The notes: a model not told the origin generated them from the sequence alone. Positions 19,442 through 28,577 are shown, counted from the first letter of the stretch. The stretch: DNA of 64,000 nucleotides from Clostridia bacterium (GCA_028709705.1 JAQVWL010000002.1:68184-132183), one strand, 5' to 3'. Program-made: numbers and translations.

Positions 19442-19525
19442 GCGACAGCGGTGTTCGCCCTGTGGGCGAACAGTTGTTTGCGAAGCAAACAACCGAAGTT
19501 GCCTTTGGCAACTTCCCGCTGTCGC
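19442..19525 (-). other. 84-nt G+C-rich cloverleaf/four-way-junction palindrome that fills the mnmE-mnmG spacer
   Basis: Outer stem GCGACAGCGG(19442-19451)/CCGCTGTCGC(19516-19525). It encloses three perfect 9-bp hairpins with 3-nt loops: TGTTCGCCC-TGT-GGGCGAACA (19452-19472), GTTGTTTGC-GAA-GCAAACAAC (19473-19493) and GAAGTTGCC-TTT-GGCAACTTC (19495-19515). Only one junction nucleotide (C19494) is unpaired. Confidence 0.85.
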
Positions 19526-19531
19526 TCCCCG

Positions 19532-20866
19532 CTACTTCCCCAAACAGAATTTTGAAAATATTTCATCAATAACACTTTCAACTTCTGTTTCGCCAGTTAT
19601 TTTTCCAAGTTCGTCCCAAACTTTTTTAACCAAAAAAGCAACAATATCTGCACTTTCAAAGTCGCTTTTTTGCAGTGTGTCTTCTAGTGCATATTTTGCA
19701 TTTTTAAGATTTGTTATTTGTCTTATATTGGTTAAAATCAAGCCCGACATATCCATTTTTTTGTCAACAACATTATCAAAAATTGCTTGTTTTATTTTGT
19801 CAATATTTTGTTTTTTTAATGCACTTATTTCAATGCTTTTTTCTTTTTCAAACTTTAAAGTTTTGTCAATATCAGACTTATTAAAAATCAATATTCGTTT
19901 TTCATTTTTTGTTAACTCCAAAAGTTTTTTATCTTCTTCGGTTAAAGTGTTGGAATTATCCAAAACAACCAAAACCAAGTCCGCTTCTTTGATTGACTGC
20001 AAACTTCGTTCAATGCCAATTTTTTCCACAATATCTTGACTTTCTCTTATACCGGCAGTGTCTATAAAATTAAATTTCATTCCATTAAAAGAAATTGTTT
20101 CAACAATTGTGTCTCGGGTTGTGCCGGCAATGCTAGTCACAATCGCTCTATCTTCGCCAATCAAAGCGTTTAACAAACTTGATTTGCCAACATTTGGTTT
20201 GCCAACAATTGCAATGTTTGTTCCGTTTTTTATAATTTTTCCCGCACTTGCAGTTGCAAGCAATTTGTTGATTTCAAACAAAATTTCTTTTAAAACTTTT
20301 TTGATTGATAAAATTGCACTGCTTTCGTCATCATATTCTGGATAATCAAGCGTAACCTCAATTTCTGCTAACCCTGTTGTAAGTTTGTTTTGTAATTCAA
20401 TAACCTTATTTTTTAGTTCGCCTTTAAGCATTTTATAGCCCGCTTTAAGTTCGGCTTCGCTTGTTGCGTTTATAACATCAATAATGCCTTCCGCTTTATC
20501 AAGTGTTAATTTTCCGTTCAAAAAAGCCCGTTTGGAAAACTCGCCATTTTCCGCAAGAACCGCACCATTTTCAAGCAGTGATTTCAAAATATTTTCCGCC
20601 AAGAACTCGCCACCATGGCATTGAAATTCTACCATATCCTCGCCCGTGTAAGACAACGGCGACTTAAAAAAAGCCATTAAGCATTTGTCTTTTATGTCTT
20701 TATAAACAAAATCGCCCAAATATAGTTTTCGCACTTCAATATTCTCTTTGTCTTTGCAAAAAAACACCTGTTTTGCAATTTTTAAACAGTTTTCGCCACT
20801 TATTCTTATAATGCTAATCGCCCCTGTGCCAAGCGGGGTTGATATGCACGCAATTGTTTTATTCAT
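19532..20866 (-). CDS. mnmE: tRNA modification GTPase MnmE (TrmE)
   Basis: MNKTIACISTPLGTGAISIIRISG..., G-domain GKPNVGKSSLLN, and the canonical C-terminal FCLGK*. The start at 20902 in the ORF track is a TTG extension. Confidence 0.95.
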   Translation of the reverse strand: MNKTIACISTPLGTGAISIIRISGENCLKIAKQVFFCKDKENIEVRKLYLGDFVYKDIKDKCLMAFFKSPLSYTGEDMVEFQCHGGEFLAENILKSLLENGAVLAENGEFSKRAFLNGKLTLDKAEGIIDVINATSEAELKAGYKMLKGELKNKVIELQNKLTTGLAEIEVTLDYPEYDDESSAILSIKKVLKEILFEINKLLATASAGKIIKNGTNIAIVGKPNVGKSSLLNALIGEDRAIVTSIAGTTRDTIVETISFNGMKFNFIDTAGIRESQDIVEKIGIERSLQSIKEADLVLVVLDNSNTLTEEDKKLLELTKNEKRILIFNKSDIDKTLKFEKEKSIEISALKKQNIDKIKQAIFDNVVDKKMDMSGLILTNIRQITNLKNAKYALEDTLQKSDFESADIVAFLVKKVWDELGKITGETEVESVIDEIFSKFCLGK

Positions 20867-20873
20867 ACCAAAA

Positions 20874-20902
20874 ATTATAGCACAACACAAAAACAAAAGC
20901 AA
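20874..20902 (-). promoter_or_regulatory. Promoter with leaderless spacing for mnmE: TTGCTT-N17-TGC-TATAAT-N7-ATG
   Basis: On the minus strand: -35 at 20902-20897, extended -10 TGCTATAAT at 20882-20874, then 7 nt (ttttggt) to the ATG at 20866. No Shine-Dalgarno sequence. Confidence 0.5.
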
Positions 20903-20908
20903 GAAGGT

Positions 20909-22243
20909 TTAGTTTTCTTTTCTCTCCAAGCACACCAAAGTTTCGATGTGTTTTGTTTGGGGGAACATATCGTAGGGCTGGACGCTTTCAATTTTGTATT
21001 TGTGGGCGAGTTCTTTTAAATCTCTTGCCAAGGTCGCAGGATTGCAACTCAAATATAGAATTTTGCTTGGCTGGCATTTTAAAATCGCTTTCAAAACTTC
21101 CTTGCTAACACCTTTTCTTGGCGGGTCTAAAATTATGTTGATATTTTGTGTGTTTTGTGCTTTCAATTTTTCAACAAGTTTTGGAAGTTCAACACCACAA
21201 TCGGCGTTTATATTTATAGCGTTTTTTATGTTATTTTGCTTTAAAAGTTCATCGGCATTACCGCTCGCATCTTTAACTATTTCAATTCCAAAAACTTTTT
21301 TGCATTTTTTTGAAACAATAGCAGTTAAAAGCCCCGCACCGCTAAAAGCATCAATAACAACTGAATTTTTTTCAATTTTGTCAAGTATGTTTTGATATAT
21401 TATGTTTTGCATATCTCTATTAACTTGCAAAAAAGAGTACGGTGATATTTCATACATAATACCAAAATCAGTCGCGGTTTGAACGGGTTTTCCGCATAAA
21501 AATTTAAAATTGGAAGACATAACCGCCCCGCTTGGTTTTGCATTTATGTTTTGGAAAACATTTAAGTTCGGAAAATCTTTTTTTAATAAATCAATCAATT
21601 CCTTTGCGTGAGGAAAAGTTTTTTCGGTTATCACAACAACTATGCTTAAGCAATCGTCAATATACCTTGCCACAAGGTGCCTTAAATTCCCTTTGCGGGT
21701 TTGTTTGTTATATGTTGATATATTGTAATTTTTTATAAAAAAATCAAACGCGTTTAGCAGTTTTTTAAACCAACTTTCACAAAGCGGGCAATTTTTTATT
21801 GGCACAATTGTGTTGGTGTTCCACTTGTAAAAACCTATTTTATTATCGCCAATTGGCACTTCAATTTTGTTTCTATAACCAAATTGTTTGGGGCTGGGAA
21901 CGCAAGGTTTAACATTAATTACTCCCAAACTTTTTTGAAGCGTTGTTTTAACCACATTTGTTTTTAATTTTAATTGATTTTCATAATTGGTATGTTGAAA
22001 ATCACACCCCCCGCACTCGCCAAAAACAGGGCAAAGCGGTTTTCTTCTTTCATTGCTTTCTTTAATTATTTTTACTAGGTTGGCAAAAGCAAGGTTGTTT
22101 TTTGTTTTATAAATTTCAACTTCAACAACTTCGCCTTGCAATGTGTTTGGCACAAAAATTGTGGTGTTTTCAAGTTTCGCAATGCCCTCGCCGTTCATTC
22201 CGTTATCAACAATTTCAACCGTTAGTTTCCTATTAATTTCCAT
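20909..22243 (-). CDS. 23S rRNA (uracil-C5)-methyltransferase, RlmD/RumA family (TRAM domain plus 4Fe-4S cluster plus SAM methyltransferase)
   Basis: CPVFGECGGCDFQH cluster motif, DAFSGAGLL SAM motif and C-terminal DMFPQTKHIETL. The start is probably the ATG at 22243 (MEINRK...). Confidence 0.85.
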   Translation of the reverse strand: MEINRKLTVEIVDNGMNGEGIAKLENTTIFVPNTLQGEVVEVEIYKTKNNLAFANLVKIIKESNERRKPLCPVFGECGGCDFQHTNYENQLKLKTNVVKTTLQKSLGVINVKPCVPSPKQFGYRNKIEVPIGDNKIGFYKWNTNTIVPIKNCPLCESWFKKLLNAFDFFIKNYNISTYNKQTRKGNLRHLVARYIDDCLSIVVVITEKTFPHAKELIDLLKKDFPNLNVFQNINAKPSGAVMSSNFKFLCGKPVQTATDFGIMYEISPYSFLQVNRDMQNIIYQNILDKIEKNSVVIDAFSGAGLLTAIVSKKCKKVFGIEIVKDASGNADELLKQNNIKNAININADCGVELPKLVEKLKAQNTQNINIILDPPRKGVSKEVLKAILKCQPSKILYLSCNPATLARDLKELAHKYKIESVQPYDMFPQTKHIETLVCLERKEN

Positions 22244-22285
22244 AACATACTTATACCACATTTTTGCGATTTATTAAACAAAAAT

Positions 22286-22314
22286 TTTACTTTTTATATT
22301 TTTTAATATATAAT
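22286..22314 (+). promoter_or_regulatory. Promoter for the P-type ATPase: TTTACT-N17-TATAAT
   Basis: TTTACT at 22286-22291, a 17-nt spacer, TATAAT at 22309-22314. Confidence 0.45.
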
Positions 22315-22337
22315 ATACTCTATATTAGGAATTTTAT

Positions 22338-25052
22338 ATGAAGTTAAAATCAAACAAAAAAAATATTAAGATTGAAAAAGAAAAAATTTTCTATCATTCT
22401 TTAAACATTGAAGAAGTTTTTACAGCAACAAATAGCGGTTTAGAAGGTTTAACAACAGTTGAAGCAGAAAATAGATTGGCAAAAAACGGCAAAAACGAAC
22501 TCCCCCAAAAAGCAAAAAAATCAATTTTGACTATTTTGCTTAGAGAATTATCTAACCCCATTATTATACTTTTGCTTTTTGCAAGTGTTTTTTCTTTTAT
22601 AACAAACGCACTTATTGATGCTTTTGTAATTATTGGAATAATATCCATTGATGCAATAATCGGAACAGTACAAGAAAAACGGGCAGAAAATATTGCAGAC
22701 TCCCTTATGGACTTGATAAAAATTCAAGTCAAAGTATTGCGAGATAGCGAAAAGGGATTGTTAGGTTCAAAAAATTTGGTTGTTGGAGATATTGTTTTTT
22801 TAGAGTCGGGCGACAAAATTTCTGCCGATATGCGTATTATAGATTGCAAAAATTTGAAAGTTGATGAATCTTTGTTGACAGGAGAAAGTGCAAACGCAGA
22901 AAAAAATATAAATTTTTGCGAAAAATCTGCACATTTAAGTGAAAGAAAAAATATGTTGTATGCTGGAAGTTCTGTTATAACAGGCAGGGCAATGGCAGTT
23001 GTGGTTGAAACGGGATTTAACACAGAAATTGGAAATATTGCGGAAAAAATAGCATCTGTAAAAGATGAAAAATCTCCTTTGGCAATTCGAATAAAAAAAT
23101 TTTCCAAACAAATAACTGTTGCTGTCGCAATAGTGGCGCTCGTTATTTTTGCAGTTTTGTATTTTCAGGGAAATAATTTTAATTTAATATTTCTTGCGGT
23201 AATTGCATTGGCAGTTTCGGCAATACCCGAAGGACTGCCTCTTGCGGTAACAATGGCATTGTCTGTCGCATCAAACAAAATGAGTAAAGTTAATGTTGTT
23301 GTAAAAAATTTAAACGCAGTTGAAAGTTTGGGCAGTTGTACAGTTATTGCATCAGACAAAACAGGAACTTTGACTTTAAACGAACAAACCGCAAAACTAA
23401 TTGTTTTGCCAGATGGAGAAGAATTTGAAATAACTGGAAGCGGTTACAATAATGAAGGAAAAGTTTTGCCAAACGCAAAAAGCAATTTAGCACACGCTGA
23501 AGAAATTGGTCTTATGGGAGTTTTAAACAACGAAGCAAAACTATATAAAAAAAATAATGAATTTAAAAATTTTGGCGATTCCATAGATGTTGCATTTTTG
23601 TCTTTGGGAATGAAACTTGGTTTAGACAAAAAAGACTACACATTAACAGAACGCATATCTTACGAATCAGAAAAAAAATATTCAGCAGTTTTTTATCAAA
23701 AAGATAATCAAAATTATTGCACAGCGAAAGGCAGTATAGAAAAAATAATTTCGCTTTGTGGCAAAATGAAAATGAACGACAAAATTGTTGAGTTAGATAA
23801 AAACAATTTGATTAAAATGCACGAAAAACTAGCACGAAAAGGTTTTAGAGTAATTGCTCTTGCACAAGGCGAACACATCAGTGAATTGTTGGAGGAGAAT
23901 ATAAGCGACTTGACATTTTTGGGTATGGTTGGATTTATAGACCCGATAAGAAATGAAAGCAAAAACGCTGTTGAAAACTGTTATAAAGCAGGTATAAAGG
24001 TTGTTATGATAACCGGCGACCACCCATTAACCGCTTACGCAATAGCAAAAGAAATTGGTGTTGCAAAAAACAAAAACCAAATAACAAATGGTACGGAAGT
24101 TGAAAAATATTTTAACTTGGGCGAAATTGCTTTTGATAAATTTATAAAAACAAAAACAGTATTTTCAAGAGTAACCCCAATAGAGAAATTAAACATAGTA
24201 AATTCTTTGAAAAGAATGGGTGAATTTGTTGCTGTTACAGGAGATGGGGTAAATGACGCACCTGCCATTAAAACAGCCCATATTGGCATTGCAATGGGCA
24301 GTGGAACAGATGTTGCAAAAGAAACCGCAGATATGATAATAACAGACGACAATTTTAATTCTATTGTCCAGGGTGTAAAAGAAGGTAGAAACGCTTATAG
24401 CAACATACGAAAAGTAACTTATTTTCTACTGTCAGGAGCATTCGCAGAAATTTTGTTTTTTTTGTTTTCAATAGCAATAAATTTGCCAATTCCACTTTTG
24501 GCAATTCAACTTTTGTGGATAAACATTATAACTAATGGACTGCAAGATATTGCATTATCTTTTGAAAAAGCAGAAAAAAATATTATGCAAGAAAAACCCC
24601 GTTCCACAAAGGAGTCATTGTTTAGCAAATCTTTGTTTATAGAGGTTGGTGTTTCTGGGCTTTTTATGGGTTTGTTGGTTTTTGGTGTGTGGTTTTATCT
24701 TATAGACATATTACAAATGGAAGAAATTTATGCAAGAAGTTTGACAATGGCACTTATGATATTCTTGGAAAATTTTCAAGGCTTTAATTGTCGAAGTGAA
24801 ACCGAGTCAGTTTTCAGTATTCCAATATTTTCTAACAAAATTTTCTTTGTGTCGGTAATAAGTGCAATAGTTTTACAAATTATAATTATGGAAATTGACT
24901 CGCTTAGCACTTTACTTGGTTTAACAAGTGTTTCATACTTTGATATGCTGTTATTGTTGGCACTTTCAACTGTTATTGTTGTTGTAATGGAACTATACAA
25001 ACTTGTTATAAGAAAACATAGAAAACAAAGCAAAACTAAATATGCTTACTAA
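22338..25052 (+). CDS. Cation-transporting P-type ATPase (P2/Ca2+-ATPase-like)
   Basis: 904 aa with DKTGTLT phosphorylation motif, TGES, MITGDHPLTA and VTGDGVNDAPAIK. Confidence 0.9.
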   Translation: MKLKSNKKNIKIEKEKIFYHSLNIEEVFTATNSGLEGLTTVEAENRLAKNGKNELPQKAKKSILTILLRELSNPIIILLLFASVFSFITNALIDAFVIIGIISIDAIIGTVQEKRAENIADSLMDLIKIQVKVLRDSEKGLLGSKNLVVGDIVFLESGDKISADMRIIDCKNLKVDESLLTGESANAEKNINFCEKSAHLSERKNMLYAGSSVITGRAMAVVVETGFNTEIGNIAEKIASVKDEKSPLAIRIKKFSKQITVAVAIVALVIFAVLYFQGNNFNLIFLAVIALAVSAIPEGLPLAVTMALSVASNKMSKVNVVVKNLNAVESLGSCTVIASDKTGTLTLNEQTAKLIVLPDGEEFEITGSGYNNEGKVLPNAKSNLAHAEEIGLMGVLNNEAKLYKKNNEFKNFGDSIDVAFLSLGMKLGLDKKDYTLTERISYESEKKYSAVFYQKDNQNYCTAKGSIEKIISLCGKMKMNDKIVELDKNNLIKMHEKLARKGFRVIALAQGEHISELLEENISDLTFLGMVGFIDPIRNESKNAVENCYKAGIKVVMITGDHPLTAYAIAKEIGVAKNKNQITNGTEVEKYFNLGEIAFDKFIKTKTVFSRVTPIEKLNIVNSLKRMGEFVAVTGDGVNDAPAIKTAHIGIAMGSGTDVAKETADMIITDDNFNSIVQGVKEGRNAYSNIRKVTYFLLSGAFAEILFFLFSIAINLPIPLLAIQLLWINIITNGLQDIALSFEKAEKNIMQEKPRSTKESLFSKSLFIEVGVSGLFMGLLVFGVWFYLIDILQMEEIYARSLTMALMIFLENFQGFNCRSETESVFSIPIFSNKIFFVSVISAIVLQIIIMEIDSLSTLLGLTSVSYFDMLLLLALSTVIVVVMELYKLVIRKHRKQSKTKYAY

Positions 25053-25078
25053 AAAAACGGTTTAAATAACCGTTTTTT
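25053..25078. terminator. Bidirectional terminator between the ATPase and the PIN-like gene
   Basis: ACGGTT(25057-25062)/AACCGT(25068-25073), flanked by an A-run and a T-run. Confidence 0.7.
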
Positions 25079-25769
25079 ATTGTTCTATTACTGTTTCTTT
25101 TATTAAATTTTCCCATTCCATATTCACAGTTTGAAAAACTTTTTGCCTTTTTAAAAGCGATTCCGTTTCAGTTGGCATATATGGCTTTGCACTTGGTCTT
25201 AAATGCATTGAACTATTTATATAACTTATTATATCTTGCCTTCCCCTTTTGGTAAAATCTTTTGTGTTGTTGGTTATTATTGGCACTCCCAAAATTGCAG
25301 TTTCCGCCATAATTATTGCATCGTTGATTGGTCTTTTTTCAGTTTTCCAACCGAAAACAGAATCTGCGTACCAAAAATTAGGTTTAGAGTTTATTTTTTT
25401 AATTTCTTGTTTTTGTTTATTGGTTAGTTTTCCACAATAAATTTTAGCTAGTTTATTAACTCTGTAATTAAATATTTCAATTTTTTGCTCTGGCACTTCA
25501 ATTAAATAAAAATTATTATTTCTTATAAAATTAATTGTGTTTGTTCCAAAGCGACTTACACCTTGCATTATTTCTTTATAAACAGTTGGGGTAATTATTG
25601 CTCTTATTTCACCGTTTTTTATTTTTTCTAAAATATATATATAGCTTGAATAAATATCTTGTTGTTTTAATTGGTTAATTGCTGATTGATTACCATTATC
25701 AATTCCTGCCAAACTTATTATAATATTTGTGTCTAAACACATGTCTGCTATTTTGCTAAATTTTGCCAT
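25077..25769 (-). CDS. PIN-like domain protein, paralog B (230 aa)
   Basis: MCLDTNIII (PIN strand-1 Asp), TPTVYKEI, INDAIIMAETAILGVPIITNNTKDF (PIN C-terminal signature). It aligns colinearly with the gene at 25787-26488. Confidence 0.6.
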   Translation of the reverse strand: MAKFSKIADMCLDTNIIISLAGIDNGNQSAINQLKQQDIYSSYIYILEKIKNGEIRAIITPTVYKEIMQGVSRFGTNTINFIRNNNFYLIEVPEQKIEIFNYRVNKLAKIYCGKLTNKQKQEIKKINSKPNFWYADSVFGWKTEKRPINDAIIMAETAILGVPIITNNTKDFTKRGRQDIISYINSSMHLRPSAKPYMPTETESLLKRQKVFQTVNMEWENLIKETVIEQ

Positions 25770-25786
25770 ATAATTTTTCCTTTTAA

Positions 25787-26488
25787 TTATTGTGTTAGTT
25801 CAGTAATCGGTTTTATTTTTTCAAAAACATTTGGGTTTGTTATTATTTGCCCGTTGCTTTTTTTTAAATAATTAAAATACTGCTCGCAACTATACGGAAT
25901 ACAACTTCCACTAAATCCGTTTTCAATGTTTATTTTTGCAATTGTTTGTGGTAAATTATTAACAATAAAATGGTTCGTGTTGTTAGTTATAAAAGGAAAA
26001 CCAGCAACAACTGAATGTGCAAGTATTTTTGCATCAGTTGAAATTTCTTTTTCTTTTGTTTTTATGTTCTTGTGTAAAGAAAAAGGTCTTTTGGTTACAT
26101 ATTTTTTATTTTGCCCTAATTTATTAACACTTTCAACTTGCCTTGGCGTGCTATATTCCACAGCCAACTTTTCAACTTGTTTGGCAAAGTTTGAAGAGTT
26201 TAAATTTTTAAAATCTATTGCATAGTAGTTTTGGTTTTCAATGTAATCTATAACATCATAGCCTTTTATATCAGAATATTTTTGTAATTCCTTATACACC
26301 GGTGGTAAAACAATTGGGTTTAAAACTTTTTTTTGGCTTAACATATTAAAGTGTGTTAAGCATTTATATAAATTTGTGTTTTGTTTTAAATATCGCATAA
26401 TTTCTTCATTTTTGTGCTCAATTGCACTTTGATAAATAAAAAGATTACTATCGAAACACCCAAACGGTGTGCAAGAAATTTTAGTCAT
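25787..26488 (-). CDS. PIN-like domain protein, paralog A (233 aa)
   Basis: GCFDSNLFIY, LPPVYKEL and STDAKILAHSVVAGFPFITNNTNHF. Its ATG overlaps the stop of the upstream 65-aa ORF by 8 nt. Confidence 0.6.
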   Translation of the reverse strand: MTKISCTPFGCFDSNLFIYQSAIEHKNEEIMRYLKQNTNLYKCLTHFNMLSQKKVLNPIVLPPVYKELQKYSDIKGYDVIDYIENQNYYAIDFKNLNSSNFAKQVEKLAVEYSTPRQVESVNKLGQNKKYVTKRPFSLHKNIKTKEKEISTDAKILAHSVVAGFPFITNNTNHFIVNNLPQTIAKINIENGFSGSCIPYSCEQYFNYLKKSNGQIITNPNVFEKIKPITELTQ

Positions 26489-26678
26489 TTTCCCCCCTTA
26501 AAATTTTCAAGGTTTTAATGCCTTTTTCTTTTGCATCTTTAACTGCTTTTTTGTGTTGTTTGCATAAGTAATCTATTCTCTCTTTATCTGTCATTTCCGC
26601 CAGTTCTTTGTCGGATTTTTCGCGTTGTTTTTCCAAGAATTTAATCATTTCTAAATAATCGGTTTTGTCATTTTCCAC
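26481..26678 (-). CDS. Small charged helical protein (65 aa), candidate antitoxin or partner of the PIN-like pair
   Basis: GTG start at 26678 with AGGTG 5 nt upstream. The sequence is rich in K/E/D and the ORF is translationally coupled to paralog A. Confidence 0.5.
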   Translation of the reverse strand: MENDKTDYLEMIKFLEKQREKSDKELAEMTDKERIDYLCKQHKKAVKDAKEKGIKTLKILRGEND

Positions 26679-26698
26679 AAATACACCTACTTTAGTTT

Positions 26699-26727
26699 AT
26701 TTTAACACAATCAAACAAAAAAATCAA
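26699..26727 (-). promoter_or_regulatory. Promoter of the 65-aa/PIN-like operon: TTGATT-N17-TAAAAT
   Basis: On the minus strand: -35 at 26727-26722, a 17-nt spacer, -10 at 26704-26699. Confidence 0.45.
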
Positions 26728-26749
26728 TGTCGTTGTGTAAAATTTTTTA

Positions 26750-26781
26750 TAAAAAAACCCTGTATTTTAGGGTCAAAAAAA
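26750..26781 (-). terminator. Intrinsic terminator after jag
   Basis: ACCCT(26757-26761)/AGGGT(26769-26773), with a T-run following on the minus strand. Confidence 0.55.
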
Positions 26782-27522
26782 TTATTCTTTTTTTATATCA
26801 ATAACCAAAAACCTATTAGGTTCATCACCTTTACTATAACTTTGCAAGTTTGAGTAATTTTGCACAACATTGTGTATAACCCTTCTTTCAAAAGCATTCA
26901 TAGGTTCAAGTTCAGTCTTTTTTCCTGTTTCAGAAACTTTTATTGCAATTCTGTTTGCAAGTTGTTCCAAAGTGTCTTTTCGTTTTTCTTTAAAACCATC
27001 AATATCTAATATTATTTTTTTTGTATGTCTTGAAAACTTTGAACAATAAACAGACAAAACGTATTGCAAAGAATTAAGACTTTCGCCGTGATATCCTATC
27101 AATTTTGAAGTGTTTTCGCCGTTTATATTTACAAATATTTCATTTTCAGTTTCTTTTGTTTCAACAGTCGCTTCTAATTTTATTTCTTCAAAAAAGTCAC
27201 ACAAAAATTGTTTACAATTTTCCGCTTGCTTTATTTCTTTTGGTTCAATACTTTCAGTTTCTTGTTTTGTTGATAAAATTTCAGTTCTGGATTCTTGTTT
27301 TTCAACTTTTTGTTCCAATTCTTTCAATTTTCTTAATTTTAAAATTTCTTCATTAGTGTTCGCAATTTCTTCTGGAATAATCAACAATACTTTTGCTTTT
27401 TTAAAAAATCCGCCCGTTTCAATAATTTTAATATCTACATCTTCTTCTTTAAGGTTTAAAATCAACAAACCTTCTTCAATTGCCTTGTCGACTGATTTTG
27501 CTACACTTTCAAATTCAAACAT
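26782..27522 (-). CDS. jag: Jag/KhpB-type RNA-binding protein (Jag_N, KH and R3H domains)
   Basis: The N-terminus has VDKAIEEGLLILNL and the C-terminus has the R3H motif EPMNAFERRVIHNVV. It sits downstream of yidC as in other Bacillota. Confidence 0.88.
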   Translation of the reverse strand: MFEFESVAKSVDKAIEEGLLILNLKEEDVDIKIIETGGFFKKAKVLLIIPEEIANTNEEILKLRKLKELEQKVEKQESRTEILSTKQETESIEPKEIKQAENCKQFLCDFFEEIKLEATVETKETENEIFVNINGENTSKLIGYHGESLNSLQYVLSVYCSKFSRHTKKIILDIDGFKEKRKDTLEQLANRIAIKVSETGKKTELEPMNAFERRVIHNVVQNYSNLQSYSKGDEPNRFLVIDIKKE

Positions 27523-27524
27523 TA

Positions 27525-28577
27525 TTATCTCCTTCGGCTATAATCTAGTTTTGTTTTTTCATCTTTCTCTCTGTCTTTCTTAGCATAATACTTATCAAGC
27601 AATTTGTCAATTATTGGGAAAGTAATTAAAGAAACTAGTTGTCCGGCAACAATATAAAGTCCAAAAACTGCGTTGTAAAATAATGTAAAAACACCCATTA
27701 CTATTGGCAAAATAACAAGCAAAACTTTGTTTGTGCTTGCTTGTGTGTTGGCTGTTGAATCGTTTTGGTTTTTGTTTTTTGAACCTAATCTTTTTTGCAT
27801 TAAATATTGTGCAAAAAAAGACGAAACAACTGCAAAAACTGCTGTTATAAGGTATCCATTCGGTTGGTTTCTTTGTTCAAACAATATTTCCATTACATTA
27901 TTATAAGTTGCTTCAAACTCTTCTTTGTCTGTTTGTAACATTGATTTATAACTTGTGTTTTCTGCATTTATATCAGTCTTTACATTATCGCCAATTGCTG
28001 TTATATAATTGTCAAATGATAAAATCGCATGTGTCCAAAAATTGTCTGCAACCCAAACATTTTGTACCCAAATAAAATCATTTTTTATTTCATCATATTT
28101 TAACAACACCGCTTGTTGTTTTTCTTCTGTTGTTCCTGTGGTTATTTCATAAGTTTGTTTTAGTTCCAAATATTGTTCTTCAATCTTGTATGCAGACATA
28201 GCGTTTAAAGCGGTGAAAAGGCTTATAAATATAATTAAAGTTACCACAAGATAGCCTAACATAGAAAGACAAGAACCCATGATATTAAAGTTGTTAGATT
28301 TATAAAGTTCTGTTGTTTTTTGATTTAGTTTTGCCCTGTCATTAGCATATTGTTTTTGAAGTTTTTGCATTTGTGGTGCAATAACTGCTTGCATTTTTGC
28401 ATTATCTCTTGAAACTTTTTTATTCAAAAAATCAAAAGGTGATAAAATTAATTTTATTATCACCGTAAGTAAAATTATTGCCCAAGCATAGTCAAAAATA
28501 AAAGATTCAAAACTTGTTATAATATTAGCCCAAAAACCAGTTTGAGTTGCAACCAATAATGAATTTATAATATCCAT
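27525..28577 (-). CDS. yidC: Membrane protein insertase YidC
   Basis: Multi-TM protein in the rnpA-yidD-yidC-jag context, with a basic C-terminal tail. At 350 aa it is longer than typical Bacillota YidC, with a ~120-aa soluble insert. Confidence 0.85.
   Translation of the reverse strand: MDIINSLLVATQTGFWANIITSFESFIFDYAWAIILLTVIIKLILSPFDFLNKKVSRDNAKMQAVIAPQMQKLQKQYANDRAKLNQKTTELYKSNNFNIMGSCLSMLGYLVVTLIIFISLFTALNAMSAYKIEEQYLELKQTYEITTGTTEEKQQAVLLKYDEIKNDFIWVQNVWVADNFWTHAILSFDNYITAIGDNVKTDINAENTSYKSMLQTDKEEFEATYNNVMEILFEQRNQPNGYLITAVFAVVSSFFAQYLMQKRLGSKNKNQNDSTANTQASTNKVLLVILPIVMGVFTLFYNAVFGLYIVAGQLVSLITFPIIDKLLDKYYAKKDREKDEKTKLDYSRRR

Noticed and set aside
19442-19525. The cloverleaf as a tRNA gene
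   Set aside because: All arms are 9-10 bp with 3-nt loops. There is no D-loop or T-loop consensus, no 7-nt anticodon loop and no discriminator/CCA context.
19380-20039. 219-aa plus-strand ORF overlapping mnmE and the spacer
   Set aside because: It is antisense to the strongly supported mnmE gene, has a low-complexity Ser/Phe/Leu-rich translation, and is a typical shadow ORF. The same reasoning applies to the other antisense ORFs in the track that lie inside fusA, tuf, dnaB, the ATPases, dnaE, glmS and others.
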